IMG/VR virus record: IMGVR_UViG_3300049023_000115 | Span: 1 to 33,908 of that record | DNA: 33,908 nucleotides | Reading direction: 5' to 3' (one strand) | Source: a virus | Lineage: Duplodnaviria; Caudoviricetes | Part shown: in pieces, positions 17,209 to 25,111 of the stretch | How positions within the stretch are numbered: the stretch's first letter is position 1 | Layout of the letters: the number at the start of each line of letters is the position of its first letter | Position numbers and translations under genes: made by a program | Notes under the pieces: generated by a model | Told to the model about the DNA's origin: nothing | Database searches by the model: none | Seen by the model: only the letters and a program-made list of their open reading frames with translations

Positions 17209-17384
17209 GCCGCCCTCCGCGCCGGGCAATTGCCCCACTCGCATTTGAGCCGGTGACGGTTGCAGCCGGGGCAGCGATCGGCTTCGGTCTTTACAGGGAC
17301 GACCCGCAGCGGCTCGATCGTGACCACACGGCCGTTCGATTTCTTGATGTGCGGGCCGCGCATGATGGCGGCGATGTCGCTCAT
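17205..17384 (-). CDS. Small hypothetical protein (CxxC)
   Basis: MSDIAAIMRG...RCPGCNRHRLKCEWGNC; coupled overlaps. Confidence 0.5.
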   Translation of the reverse strand: MSDIAAIMRGPHIKKSNGRVVTIEPLRVVPVKTEADRCPGCNRHRLKCEWGNCPARRAA

Positions 17385-17521
17385 GCATCCCCTCCCCAAA
17401 TCATCGTCCTCGCGAGGCTGATCGACCGCTGGTAGGCGGACCCGAACCGCATCGAGGCTTCGAGATATTGCCAATATTCTTCGCGGGTCATTTGAGACGG
17501 GAGCTTGAAGAGCCAGGGCAT
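17381..17521 (-). CDS. Small hypothetical protein (46 aa)
   Basis: Manual translation MPWLFKLPSQMTREEYWQYLE...; TAATG and ATGA overlaps. Confidence 0.4.
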   Translation of the reverse strand: MPWLFKLPSQMTREEYWQYLEASMRFGSAYQRSISLARTMIWGGDA

Positions 17522-17988
17522 TAGGCCACCGCCCGCAGCTTGAGCCGCTCGCGAAGTTGGTCGATATATTGCCCGGCGTCTTCGATGAGGGCGCGGCGCT
17601 GGGCTAGCTCAACCTCATCAACCTGATCGTCGTCCTCGGTCGCCTCTTGGAGCGACAGGACGGCCCGCATAAGGGCCGTGACGCCGCGGCGATCCTCGAG
17701 ACCCCCGGAATCGAGCGGGACGATCTTCATTCCGATCAGCGCCAGCACGTCATTGGCGAAGCGGCCGTTCCAGCGCTCGCAGCCGCGCAGGAACGAGGTC
17801 ATCGGCATCTCGGCGAGGCCGGTCCGATATTTCTTGCCCTGATCAACGCCCTTGCCGAGGAAGCCGCCAAGCTCCTCGTCGGTCAGATCGTCTTCGCGCT
17901 TGATCTCAGTGAGGCTGCCGGCAACGGCGTTAACCAGTTTCGAAGCCGAAATAGTCCGAAATGGAGGGACGATTGTCCGAGCGCTCAT
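17521..17988 (-). CDS. CII-like regulatory protein
   Basis: Two genes downstream of cro; helical with an HTH-like N-terminus. The call is mainly positional. Confidence 0.55.
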   Translation of the reverse strand: MSARTIVPPFRTISASKLVNAVAGSLTEIKREDDLTDEELGGFLGKGVDQGKKYRTGLAEMPMTSFLRGCERWNGRFANDVLALIGMKIVPLDSGGLEDRRGVTALMRAVLSLQEATEDDDQVDEVELAQRRALIEDAGQYIDQLRERLKLRAVA

Positions 17989-18203
17989 CGGTTATTGCCC
18001 TTCTCATGAGTACCGAAAACATCAGTGGCGACACGGGCCAGATCCTCCGGCGAGAGACTCTCTGCCTTAGGTTCAGGAGCGTCGGGGAAGTGGCGGGTGA
18101 AATAGTCGCCGGGATACTTCCGCTTCTCCCAGGCGTAGATGAGGGCGCACAGGAGAGTGCTCAGCCCGATGGCGGACAGGGCGATGGCGATCTCCCGTGT
18201 CAT
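17985..18203 (-). CDS. Small membrane protein
   Basis: MTREIAIALSAIGLSTLLCALIYAW hydrophobic segment; GGAGG RBS. Confidence 0.55.
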   Translation of the reverse strand: MTREIAIALSAIGLSTLLCALIYAWEKRKYPGDYFTRHFPDAPEPKAESLSPEDLARVATDVFGTHEKGNNR

Positions 18204-18246
18204 TGACCCCGCCTCCGTTCTGTAGCTTTGCGCTCTGTGGGGATGG

Positions 18247-18483
18247 TCATGCGGCCTCACCGAGGGCGGCGGCGCTTTCGCTTGCGGGAAAAGGGGGCGT
18301 GGCATCCGGCCTGTATGTCGCCATGAAGCGGCGGACTTTGGCTTCGGTCTCAGGCCACACTCGCCGGCCCTCCCTGATCTGACGCACGAAATGACGGTCG
18401 CCGAGGGCGAGGTCTCCGAAGCGGGTCGGCGCCATCCCATGGGCCTTCAGGAACGCTTCGATGTCGGAAAGCAGCGGTTTCAT
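18247..18483 (-). CDS. Cro-like HTH regulator
   Basis: LLSDIEAFLKAHGMAPTRFGDLALGDRHFVRQIREGR; divergent from the repressor. Confidence 0.85.
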   Translation of the reverse strand: MKPLLSDIEAFLKAHGMAPTRFGDLALGDRHFVRQIREGRRVWPETEAKVRRFMATYRPDATPPFPASESAAALGEAA

Positions 18484-18574
18484 GACGCCGCAAAATAGGT
18501 GTGATGGCGCACACCGTCAAGGTGTGTTTTATCGCGTCTCGCGCTATCGAGGCGCTGTGTGTGATACGCCACAC
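18484..18574. promoter_or_regulatory. OR-like switch: PR promoter and GTGTG-N6-CACAC operators
   Basis: Operators GTGTGATGGCGCACAC (18499-18514), GTGTGATACGCCACAC (18559-18574) and degenerate GTGTGTTTTATCGCGT (18522-18537). Minus-strand promoter TTGACG-N17-TATTTT. Confidence 0.85.
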
Positions 18575-19180
18575 ATGGCCGATGGGTTCGACATAGACGC
18601 GGTGCGCGCCTCAATAGAGGTCCTCATGAAGCGGGATGGCATCAAGCGGAAGCCGCTCGCCCAGAAGGCTGGGCTCGGCGAAACCGCTATCCGTGACATC
18701 TTCGACCCCAAACGTCAGGACGTGAAGGTCGGAACCCTTCTGAAGCTAGCAGACTTCTTTGGCGTAACCTTGGACGAATTAGCTGGCCGCGAACGGGTTC
18801 CCCTCCTTGGACGAGTGGGCGCGGGGGGTGTCATCTTGTTCGAAGAAGACAGTGAACCTGAAACTGTAGAGAGGCCGCCGCTCGGGATGGGGAGGCTCAT
18901 GGCCCTAGAGGTGGTCGGCGATTCCATGCTTCCAAAATATGAGGCTGGCGACATTGTGTACGTCCGCCGCGACCATGACGGCGTACTGCCCGCTTATCTG
19001 GGCGACTACTGCGCGGTCCACACCGCCGACGGCGGAACGTGGCTAAAGATCCTGTCTCCAGGCTCCCAGGCGGGGCGCTACACTCTTCGTTCACTGAATG
19101 CGGCCGATATGGAGAACGTTGAGGTCGAATGGGCGTCGCCGGTCCTGTGGGTGATGCCACGTCGGTCTAGGGTGCAGTAA
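18575..19180 (+). CDS. CI-like repressor (HTH plus S24 peptidase)
   Basis: HTH LAQKAGLGETAIRDI; cleavage site VGAG; catalytic VVGDSMLP and WLK. Start placed at ATG 18575. Confidence 0.94.
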   Translation: MADGFDIDAVRASIEVLMKRDGIKRKPLAQKAGLGETAIRDIFDPKRQDVKVGTLLKLADFFGVTLDELAGRERVPLLGRVGAGGVILFEEDSEPETVERPPLGMGRLMALEVVGDSMLPKYEAGDIVYVRRDHDGVLPAYLGDYCAVHTADGGTWLKILSPGSQAGRYTLRSLNAADMENVEVEWASPVLWVMPRRSRVQ

Positions 19181-19191
19181 GGGAGGCCGGT

Positions 19192-19617
19192 ATGGTTCGC
19201 GCGACGACTTTAGCGATCGCCTTGCTGTGCGCAATAGCCGGTACTGATGCGCGCGCCCGCTGCCTAGATCCAGATGACTCTACCCCCGCCGGGCTGCGGC
19301 TTTTGGACGTTGGAGAGCCATGCAAGCGGAGCAATGCTCAATTATCTGAACGACAGAAGATCGAACGGCACGCCGCTGCCGCAAAAGCTCGGGACGCTAT
19401 ATGGGCAACTCAGGTTGAGTACCTGTCATTGCGGCCGGGAATGCCATATTTATCCGTTGAAAGCATTATCGGATTCGCGGGCATCGAACAGTCGAGAACG
19501 GACATCTATGGCGTCAGTTCTGTTTATTATATTTGGTCCAATCCAGACACCTCCTATTTGATCGTCAATTTTCAGAACGACAAACTGGTTTCAAAATCAC
19601 AGAACGGCCTCCCATGA
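19192..19617 (+). CDS. Exported protein with DUF3862/BLIP-like C-terminal domain
   Basis: Signal-like MVRATTLAIALLCAIAGTDARA; Y..L.PGM.Y..V..IIG..G...Y.W.N.D.S....FQN.KLVSKSQ.GL. Confidence 0.7.
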   Translation: MVRATTLAIALLCAIAGTDARARCLDPDDSTPAGLRLLDVGEPCKRSNAQLSERQKIERHAAAAKARDAIWATQVEYLSLRPGMPYLSVESIIGFAGIEQSRTDIYGVSSVYYIWSNPDTSYLIVNFQNDKLVSKSQNGLP

Positions 19618-19778
19618 TCCTCGTCCCCACCACCATCTGCGGCAACCGATCGCAGCAAGGGGAGCCCTATATCTGCATCCGTGAGAAGGGGCATGAGGGC
19701 CTGTGCCGCTATGAGCGTGAGGCCAAGGTTTGGGTGGAGGTGCCGCGCTTGCCGAGCATCTGCGTAGCGAGCTTTTGA
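19614..19778 (+). CDS. Small Cys/His-rich hypothetical protein
   Basis: ATGA overlap; C-x11-C-x5-H-x3-C. Confidence 0.4.
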   Translation: MILVPTTICGNRSQQGEPYICIREKGHEGLCRYEREAKVWVEVPRLPSICVASF

Positions 19779-19869
19779 AGCTGGCGGGGATGGCGGAGCG
19801 AGGCTCGGTTTTGCCTTAATTGGAGAGCAAGCGTTTCGGTGCTAAGGGCTGATTCGATTGGAGGCGAAC

Positions 19870-20124
19870 GTGACTGAAATCCTGAACCATCCCGTGTATT
19901 TCACGGAGCTGGAAGACGGGACCTTCCTGGCGCTGTCGATCCAGCGGCCGTGGTTCTGCGTTTCCGGCGGGACGCTCGATTTGGCGCGCGCCAAGGCGCA
20001 GCGGGCGCTTGCTCTCTATGAGAGCCGGAAGCCGACGATCAAGCCATACCGCCAAGAGAAGACCATCACCCCCTTCGCCCCGGTGCGCGTCGAGAACCTG
20101 CGGGCGGAAGCACTGGATGCATAG
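19870..20124 (+). CDS. HicB-like antitoxin-fold protein
   Basis: VYFTELEDGTFLALSIQRPWFCVSGGTLDLARAKAQRALALY fits the HicB N-domain pattern; GGAGG RBS. Confidence 0.6.
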   Translation: MTEILNHPVYFTELEDGTFLALSIQRPWFCVSGGTLDLARAKAQRALALYESRKPTIKPYRQEKTITPFAPVRVENLRAEALDA

Positions 20125-20365
20125 GGCGCATCGGTTCATCTTCACTGTTGACCACATGACGGACGAGCAACTCAGCTTTTTCGGCTGGGTTGCCGTCGAG
20201 GAGTGGCCGGACTTCAAACTCTATCGCCGTATGCACGACGGGGAGGAGCAGATGGTCTCAAACGAGACGCCGAGACGCTTCGTTGTGGACGATGTGAACG
20301 ACGCTCAGCAGATGTCCGCCGGCGGCTTCATGACCGGTCCCGACCCGCTCGACAATGACCACTAG
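20117..20365 (+). CDS. Hypothetical protein, possible divergent HicA-fold partner
   Basis: Overlaps the HicB-like gene by 8 bp; helix-GW-three strands-helix pattern. Confidence 0.45.
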   Translation: MHRAHRFIFTVDHMTDEQLSFFGWVAVEEWPDFKLYRRMHDGEEQMVSNETPRRFVVDDVNDAQQMSAGGFMTGPDPLDNDH

Positions 20366-20436
20366 CCCGCTTCACCGGAAGTAACTTCCACCCCGAGCCC
20401 CGCCCTAACCCGGCGGGGTCGTCACAAGGAAAAGCG

Positions 20437-20697
20437 ATGGCCGCGAAGATCTACCTCCGGGTCATTGATGATGTCGACGACGGGAAGGACTCCATTCTCG
20501 TCGCCGGGGTCCTACCGATGTTCAAAGGCTCCGAGGATGAGAACCTGGCCTGCGGATCGTGCAAGCAAGTGCTTTGCAGGAATGTCTCCACCCGGACGCT
20601 TTACGAGCGTTTCGCTACTCAGGGGCGGCTTGTTCTGCGCTGCATTTGCGGGGCGTTCAACCTAGCCCCCACCCAGAGGCTCGCCGAGCCAGACTGA
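20437..20697 (+). CDS. Zn-ribbon hypothetical protein
   Basis: CGSC...CICGAFN; AAGGA RBS. Confidence 0.6.
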   Translation: MAAKIYLRVIDDVDDGKDSILVAGVLPMFKGSEDENLACGSCKQVLCRNVSTRTLYERFATQGRLVLRCICGAFNLAPTQRLAEPD

Positions 20698-20859
20698 CGC
20701 GCCTAGCGCGTAGGGGCTACCCTCAAGGACAACCGGCACTCCTGCGTCGATAAGCGTCTGCATCGCGACCGCGTTGTCGGTCACGCCATCATCGATCAGG
20801 CGCAGCTCTCGCCCGTCTCCGTGGCGATAAAGCCCGCCTCCTTCATACTGCCATCCCAT
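20662..20859 (-). CDS. Small hypothetical protein
   Basis: MGWQYEGGGLYRHGDGRELRLIDD...; AGGAG RBS. Confidence 0.4.
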   Translation of the reverse strand: MGWQYEGGGLYRHGDGRELRLIDDGVTDNAVAMQTLIDAGVPVVLEGSPYALGASVWLGEPLGGG

Positions 20860-20928
20860 TCCCGATCTCCTCGCGCTCCATGGCGTAGGGGCGTTGTAGC
20901 ACGTGATTCGCGGGAGGCGATAAATAAA

Positions 20929-20982
20929 ATGTGACACTGCACACTTTATTCATTGACACGGTGTGATCCAGCACACTATTAT
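20929..20982 (+). promoter_or_regulatory. OL/PL-like early promoter with two operators
   Basis: ATGTGACACTGCACAC (20929-20944) and GTGTGATCCAGCACAC (20961-20976); TTGACA (20953) N18 TATTAT (20977). Confidence 0.85.
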
Positions 20983-21014
20983 CTCCCCCACAAGCCGCCG
21001 CATGGAGGGTGGAG

Positions 21015-21311
21015 ATGAGTGAAGTAGGGCATACAAAAGGACCTTGGTTCGTCAGCGGGCCGTTTGTCGGTCCCAGGCTGAACCCCGAGAGCGGCATTCT
21101 GATCAAGGTTGCCCGCGTAGCTGGCGTCGAAACCGACGAAGAATCCATCGCCAACGCCCGCCTGATCGCCGCCGCGCCTGAGTTGCTCTCCATCGTTAAG
21201 CGGTTCGTCGCCCTGCCGAGCGGGGCTTGGCACCCTGAACGCCATGCTGCGGAGGAGGCTGAGCTTGTGCGCGATGCCCGCGCCGCCATCGCCCGCGCCG
21301 AGGGCCGCTGA
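21015..21311 (+). CDS. Conserved phage hypothetical protein
   Basis: HTKGPW...ANARLIAAAPELL...ARAAIARAEG family motif. Confidence 0.8.
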   Translation: MSEVGHTKGPWFVSGPFVGPRLNPESGILIKVARVAGVETDEESIANARLIAAAPELLSIVKRFVALPSGAWHPERHAAEEAELVRDARAAIARAEGR

Positions 21312-21342
21312 GCGCACATCCCAAATTCAAATGGAGATTTTC

Positions 21343-22335
21343 ATGGCCAAAGCCAAGCAGCCTTCAGAGATCGTCTCGTACAAGGGTTTCGACAAAGACC
21401 TGAAGTGCCGCGAATATCAATTCGAGATCGGCAAGACTTACACCCATGACGGCGATGTCGAGCAGTGTGCTTCGGGCTTCCACGCCTGCCCTGTCGAGCA
21501 TCATCCGTTCTCGGTGTTTGAGTTCTACCCTCCCGCTGGATCGCGGTTCTGCGAGGTGCGCCAGTCGGGCGCGACAAGCAACGGCGGAACGAAACTGGCT
21601 TCTGCGGTAATCACCATTGGTGTCGAACTGACGATCCACGATCTTGTGAAGCGGGCTTGGGAATATGTCTGGTCGCGCGCGACGAAGAGCGACGAGAACC
21701 ACAGCACCGGGAACTATGGCGCTGCGTCCAGCACCGGGTACCAAGGCGCTGCGTCCAGCACCGGGACCCAAGGCGCTGCGTCCAGCACCGGGTACCAAGG
21801 CGCTGCGTCCAGCACCGGGTACCAAGGCGCTGCGTCCAGCACCGGGTACCAAGGCGCTGCGTCCAGCACCGGGTACCAAGGCGCTGCGTCCAGCACCGGG
21901 GACTATGGCGCTGCGTCCAGCACCGGGAACTATGGCGCTGCGTCCAGCACCGGGTACCAAGGCGCTGCGTCCAGCACCGGGAACCAAGGCGCTGCGTCCA
22001 GCACCGGGTACCAAGGCGCTGCGTCCAGCACCGGGAACTATGGCGCTGCGTCCAGCACCGGGAACCAAGGCGCTGCGTCCAGCACCGGGAACTATGGCGC
22101 TGCGTCCAGCACCGGGAACTATGGCGCTGCGTCCAGCACCGGGTACCAAGGCGCTGCTATGGCCTCTGGCTACGAAGGTCGCGTCATGGGCGCAGATGGC
22201 AATGCCCTGTTCGCAGTCGAGCGCGGCAAGAATTACAAGATCGTCTCCGTCGCCGCCGGCATCGTTGGCCAGGACGGGATCAAGGCGAACGTCTGGTACA
22301 CGGCCCGCAGCGGCAAGCTGGTGGAGGCCGCATGA
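21343..22335 (+). CDS. Phage early protein with conserved N-domain (DUF7666-like) and 9-aa STGxxGAAS repeats
   Basis: YKGFDKDLKCREYQFEIGKTY...C.SGFHAC; 17 repeats; C-terminal GIVGQDGIKANVWY. Confidence 0.85.
   Translation: MAKAKQPSEIVSYKGFDKDLKCREYQFEIGKTYTHDGDVEQCASGFHACPVEHHPFSVFEFYPPAGSRFCEVRQSGATSNGGTKLASAVITIGVELTIHDLVKRAWEYVWSRATKSDENHSTGNYGAASSTGYQGAASSTGTQGAASSTGYQGAASSTGYQGAASSTGYQGAASSTGYQGAASSTGDYGAASSTGNYGAASSTGYQGAASSTGNQGAASSTGYQGAASSTGNYGAASSTGNQGAASSTGNYGAASSTGNYGAASSTGYQGAAMASGYEGRVMGADGNALFAVERGKNYKIVSVAAGIVGQDGIKANVWYTARSGKLVEAA
21703..22161 (+). repeat. 17 x 27-bp coding tandem repeat
   Basis: AGCACCGGG-NNNNNN-GGCGCTGCGTCC; only two codons vary (last unit ends GCTATG). 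Confidence 0.97.
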
Positions 22336-22550
22336 TGCTCCATCCATTCGATATTCCGAGCCCCGCACCCCCGGCGGGTCAGCGCCGGGAGGACGCTACC
22401 CTGTCGTTCTCCCGGCGCGCCTTGCGGATCGGCAAGCGCATCGCCCGCCATCTCGATGACCGTCCAGACGATATCTGGCTGGCGATGGTGTGGACCGTGG
22501 CCGTGATCACGTGGGGCGCGCTGCTCTTCGACAAGATGGGGATTTGGTAA
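22332..22550 (+). CDS. Small membrane protein
   Basis: C-terminal hydrophobic IWLAMVWTVAVITWGALLF; coupled overlaps. Confidence 0.6.
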   Translation: MMLHPFDIPSPAPPAGQRREDATLSFSRRALRIGKRIARHLDDRPDDIWLAMVWTVAVITWGALLFDKMGIW

Positions 22551-22963
22551 TGGCAACCGTCCTATCTGATATCCAGCAAGGTCTCTCCGAGGCCGCGCGA
22601 TACCAGCGCGAAACCGACGAGATCAACGAAGCGTCGAAATGGTGGCAGGACGATACGGTCAAGCTGCTGATCGAAGCGCGCTGTGCCTCCGACGAATGGG
22701 CGAACAAGCTGCGCCTCGCGACCTATTCGGCCAAGGTCGGATCGCTCGAATACTACAGCGCCGACAGCTACGCGGCTGAGTTCCGCAAGATGGTCGAAGG
22801 CATCGACGCCGAACTGTCCGAGCTTCGATCAGCTGCGATAAGCCAGTGCTGCACCTTCGACGAAGGCGATGACTACGAGGACGATGCCGAGCGCTTCGTG
22901 ACCTCTGTTCAGGATGCAATCCGCAAAGCCCGTGATGATTTCGAACGGGCGAAGGCGAAGTAA
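22550..22963 (+). CDS. Hypothetical acidic helical protein
   Basis: TAATG coupling at both ends. Confidence 0.7.
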   Translation: MATVLSDIQQGLSEAARYQRETDEINEASKWWQDDTVKLLIEARCASDEWANKLRLATYSAKVGSLEYYSADSYAAEFRKMVEGIDAELSELRSAAISQCCTFDEGDDYEDDAERFVTSVQDAIRKARDDFERAKAK

Positions 22964-23754
22964 TGCAGGAGAATGAGATGGAAATTCTGATCGATGACGC
23001 GCGTGTAGCTGAGGTTGCCAAACTGGGGCTCAAGGCAGGCGGACACAAACGTATCGCCGATGGCATGTGCGCGATGGAAGCCGCCTCGTATATCGCTGGC
23101 GAGCCTTGGTCCGATCATCCCGAATGCGTCTGCCCGGTCATTGCCGCTTTCCTCCGGAATTGGAACGACAGCCTCGACACCGAGGACCGTAACCGGCTGA
23201 TCACGCCGGCCCTGATTGTAAAAACGATCGGAACGCGCGGCTCAAAGGAACTGGAGAAGCGGCGCTCCCTCATGGCTGCGGACTGGCTTATCCGGACCCA
23301 TGCACCCGCATGGCTCAGGCTCGCTAAATTGGACGCGCAGGCCGATCTGATCGCCGGGCTCCCTGAAATTACCGATATGGCGCAATATCCATCTCTCCGC
23401 GCCCCGCTTGAGGCCGTGAGAAAAGATGCGGCCGCCGCATGGGACGCCGCAGGGGACGCCGCATGGGACGCCGCAGGGGACGCCGCATGGGACGCCGCAA
23501 GGGCCGCCGCATGGGACGCCGCATGGGACGCCGCAGGGGACGCCGCATGGGACGCCGCAAGGGCCGCCGCATGGGACGCCGCATGGGACGCCGCAAGGGA
23601 CGCCGCAGGGGACGCCGCATGGGACGCCGCATGGGACGCCGCATGGGACGCCGCAGGGGACGCCCTCAAACCAACGCAAACCCTTCTCCAAGCCAGCGCT
23701 GGCGAACTGATCGAACGCATGTGCGCCGCGACGGAAGAAAAGCTCGCCGCATGA
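22963..23754 (+). CDS. Phage early protein with AWDA-type tetrapeptide repeats
   Basis: CAMEAASYIAGEPWSDHPECVCPVIAAFLRNWND N-domain plus a repeat tract. Confidence 0.8.
   Translation: MQENEMEILIDDARVAEVAKLGLKAGGHKRIADGMCAMEAASYIAGEPWSDHPECVCPVIAAFLRNWNDSLDTEDRNRLITPALIVKTIGTRGSKELEKRRSLMAADWLIRTHAPAWLRLAKLDAQADLIAGLPEITDMAQYPSLRAPLEAVRKDAAAAWDAAGDAAWDAAGDAAWDAARAAAWDAAWDAAGDAAWDAARAAAWDAAWDAARDAAGDAAWDAAWDAAWDAAGDALKPTQTLLQASAGELIERMCAATEEKLAA
23437..23664 (+). repeat. 19 x 12-bp coding tandem repeat
   Basis: GCA[T/G/A]GGG[A/C]CGCC encoding AWDA, AGDA, ARAA or ARDA. Confidence 0.96.
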
Positions 23755-23834
23755 CCACCCAAGCCGCCCCGGATCGCCTAGCGACGGCCCCTCTACCCGC
23801 TGCAATTTCCGGGGGTGCAGCGGAGGGAGGTTCT

Positions 23835-24452
23835 ATGACTACGCCGAAGGTCTATGAGGCCATCGCGAAGGTCCAGGCTGAACTTGCGCGGACCGGCATC
23901 TCGAAGGACCGCACGAACAGTCAGCCGGGCGCGAACTACAAGTTCCGCGGCATCGACGACGTGTACAATGTCCTCGCGCCGCTTCTGTCGCAGCACGGGC
24001 TTTGCATCCTGCCCCGGATGCTCAGCCGCGATGTTGTCGAGCGCCGGAGCGCCAAGGGCAACGCTCTGTTCTACGTCACCCTCGAAGCCGAGTTCGATTT
24101 CGTCGCGGTCGCAGACGGTTCCAAGCACACTGTTCGGACCTTCGGCGAGGCGATGGACAGCGGCGACAAGGCAACGAACAAGGCGATGTCTGCCGCCTAC
24201 AAATACGCGGCGTTCCAAGCCTTTGCCATACCCACCGAGGGCGACAACGACGCAGACGCTACGACGCATGAGGTCGCCGCCGCCTTCATCACCGAGGATC
24301 AGGCAGCCAACCTCCAGGCGATGGCCGAAGAGGCCGGCGCGGATATCCCGCGGTTCTGCAAGTACCTCAAGGTCCGCACGCTGTCGGCGATCCCGGCTGC
24401 GCAATACCAGCAGGCGCTGGCCGCGCTCGAAGCAAAAAGGAAAGCAGCGTGA
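23835..24452 (+). CDS. ERF-family single-strand annealing protein
   Basis: YKFRGIDDVYN...GEAMDSGDKATNKAMSAAYKYA..FAIPTEGDNDAD; ATG 23835 with GGAGG RBS. Confidence 0.92.
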   Translation: MTTPKVYEAIAKVQAELARTGISKDRTNSQPGANYKFRGIDDVYNVLAPLLSQHGLCILPRMLSRDVVERRSAKGNALFYVTLEAEFDFVAVADGSKHTVRTFGEAMDSGDKATNKAMSAAYKYAAFQAFAIPTEGDNDADATTHEVAAAFITEDQAANLQAMAEEAGADIPRFCKYLKVRTLSAIPAAQYQQALAALEAKRKAA

Positions 24453-25111
24453 TGCTCCAGCGCACCGATGACTGGATGGCCGCCAGATGCGGGAAAGTGA
24501 CCGCATCGCGCGTCGCTGATGTCATCGCCAAGACCAAATCAGGGCCGAGCGCGAGCCGGGCCAACTATCTCGCCCAGCTCGTCTGCGAGCGGCTGACCGG
24601 CGAGGTGGAGTCATCGTTCGTGAACGCGGCCATGCAGCATGGCATCGACACCGAGGAAGAGGCGCGGATCGCCTATTGCTTCCGGCACGATGTCGATGTG
24701 GCGGAGGTGGGGTTCATCGACCACCCGACCGTCAAGATGTCAGGCGCATCCCCGGATGGGCTCATCGGTGATCTGGGCATGATCGAGATCAAATGCCCGA
24801 ACACATCTACCCATATCGAAACGCTGCTGAGCGGGACGGTGCCAGCCAAGCACATCACACAGATGATGTGGCAGATGGCGTCAACCGGCCGGGGCTGGTG
24901 CGACTTCGCCAGCTATGATCCTCGCGTCCCCGAGGCGATGCGGTTGTTCGTCAAGCGGGTCCACCGCGACGACACGATGATCTCCGATCTCGAGCGCGAG
25001 GTTTCCGGCTTCCTTGGAGAAGTCGAGGACAAGGTTGACCAACTCCGCCGCCGCTTCGACCCCGACTACGCCGGGGCGCAAAAGGTGGTGGATCTTCTGA
25101 GGGCGGGTTGA
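24449..25111 (+). CDS. YqaJ / lambda-exonuclease family protein
   Basis: QRTDDWMAARCGKVTAS, GASPDGL, IEIKCP, QMMWQM. Confidence 0.94.
   Translation: MMLQRTDDWMAARCGKVTASRVADVIAKTKSGPSASRANYLAQLVCERLTGEVESSFVNAAMQHGIDTEEEARIAYCFRHDVDVAEVGFIDHPTVKMSGASPDGLIGDLGMIEIKCPNTSTHIETLLSGTVPAKHITQMMWQMASTGRGWCDFASYDPRVPEAMRLFVKRVHRDDTMISDLEREVSGFLGEVEDKVDQLRRRFDPDYAGAQKVVDLLRAG

Noticed and set aside
18461-18574. N-terminal extension of CI given in the ORF track
   Set aside because: It overlaps cro and the operator/promoter region; ATG 18575 fits the domain boundary.
21703-22161. Possible CRISPR array
   Set aside because: The variable part is only 6 nt, units are in-frame codons within a gene, and no cas genes are present.
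21703-23664. DGR-like adenine mutagenesis (AAC to TAC/GAC/ACC; AGG to TGG/GGG; GAC to GCC)
   Set aside because: No reverse transcriptase or separate template repeat in the window, other adenines in the units are invariant, and TAT/CAA involves a T/C difference.
21364-23805. Alternative-frame repeat ORFs (PGAGRSA, RCVQH, PCGV, MGRR)
   Set aside because: Stop-free by-products of the tandem repeats; only one frame per gene has conserved flanking domains and a plausible start.
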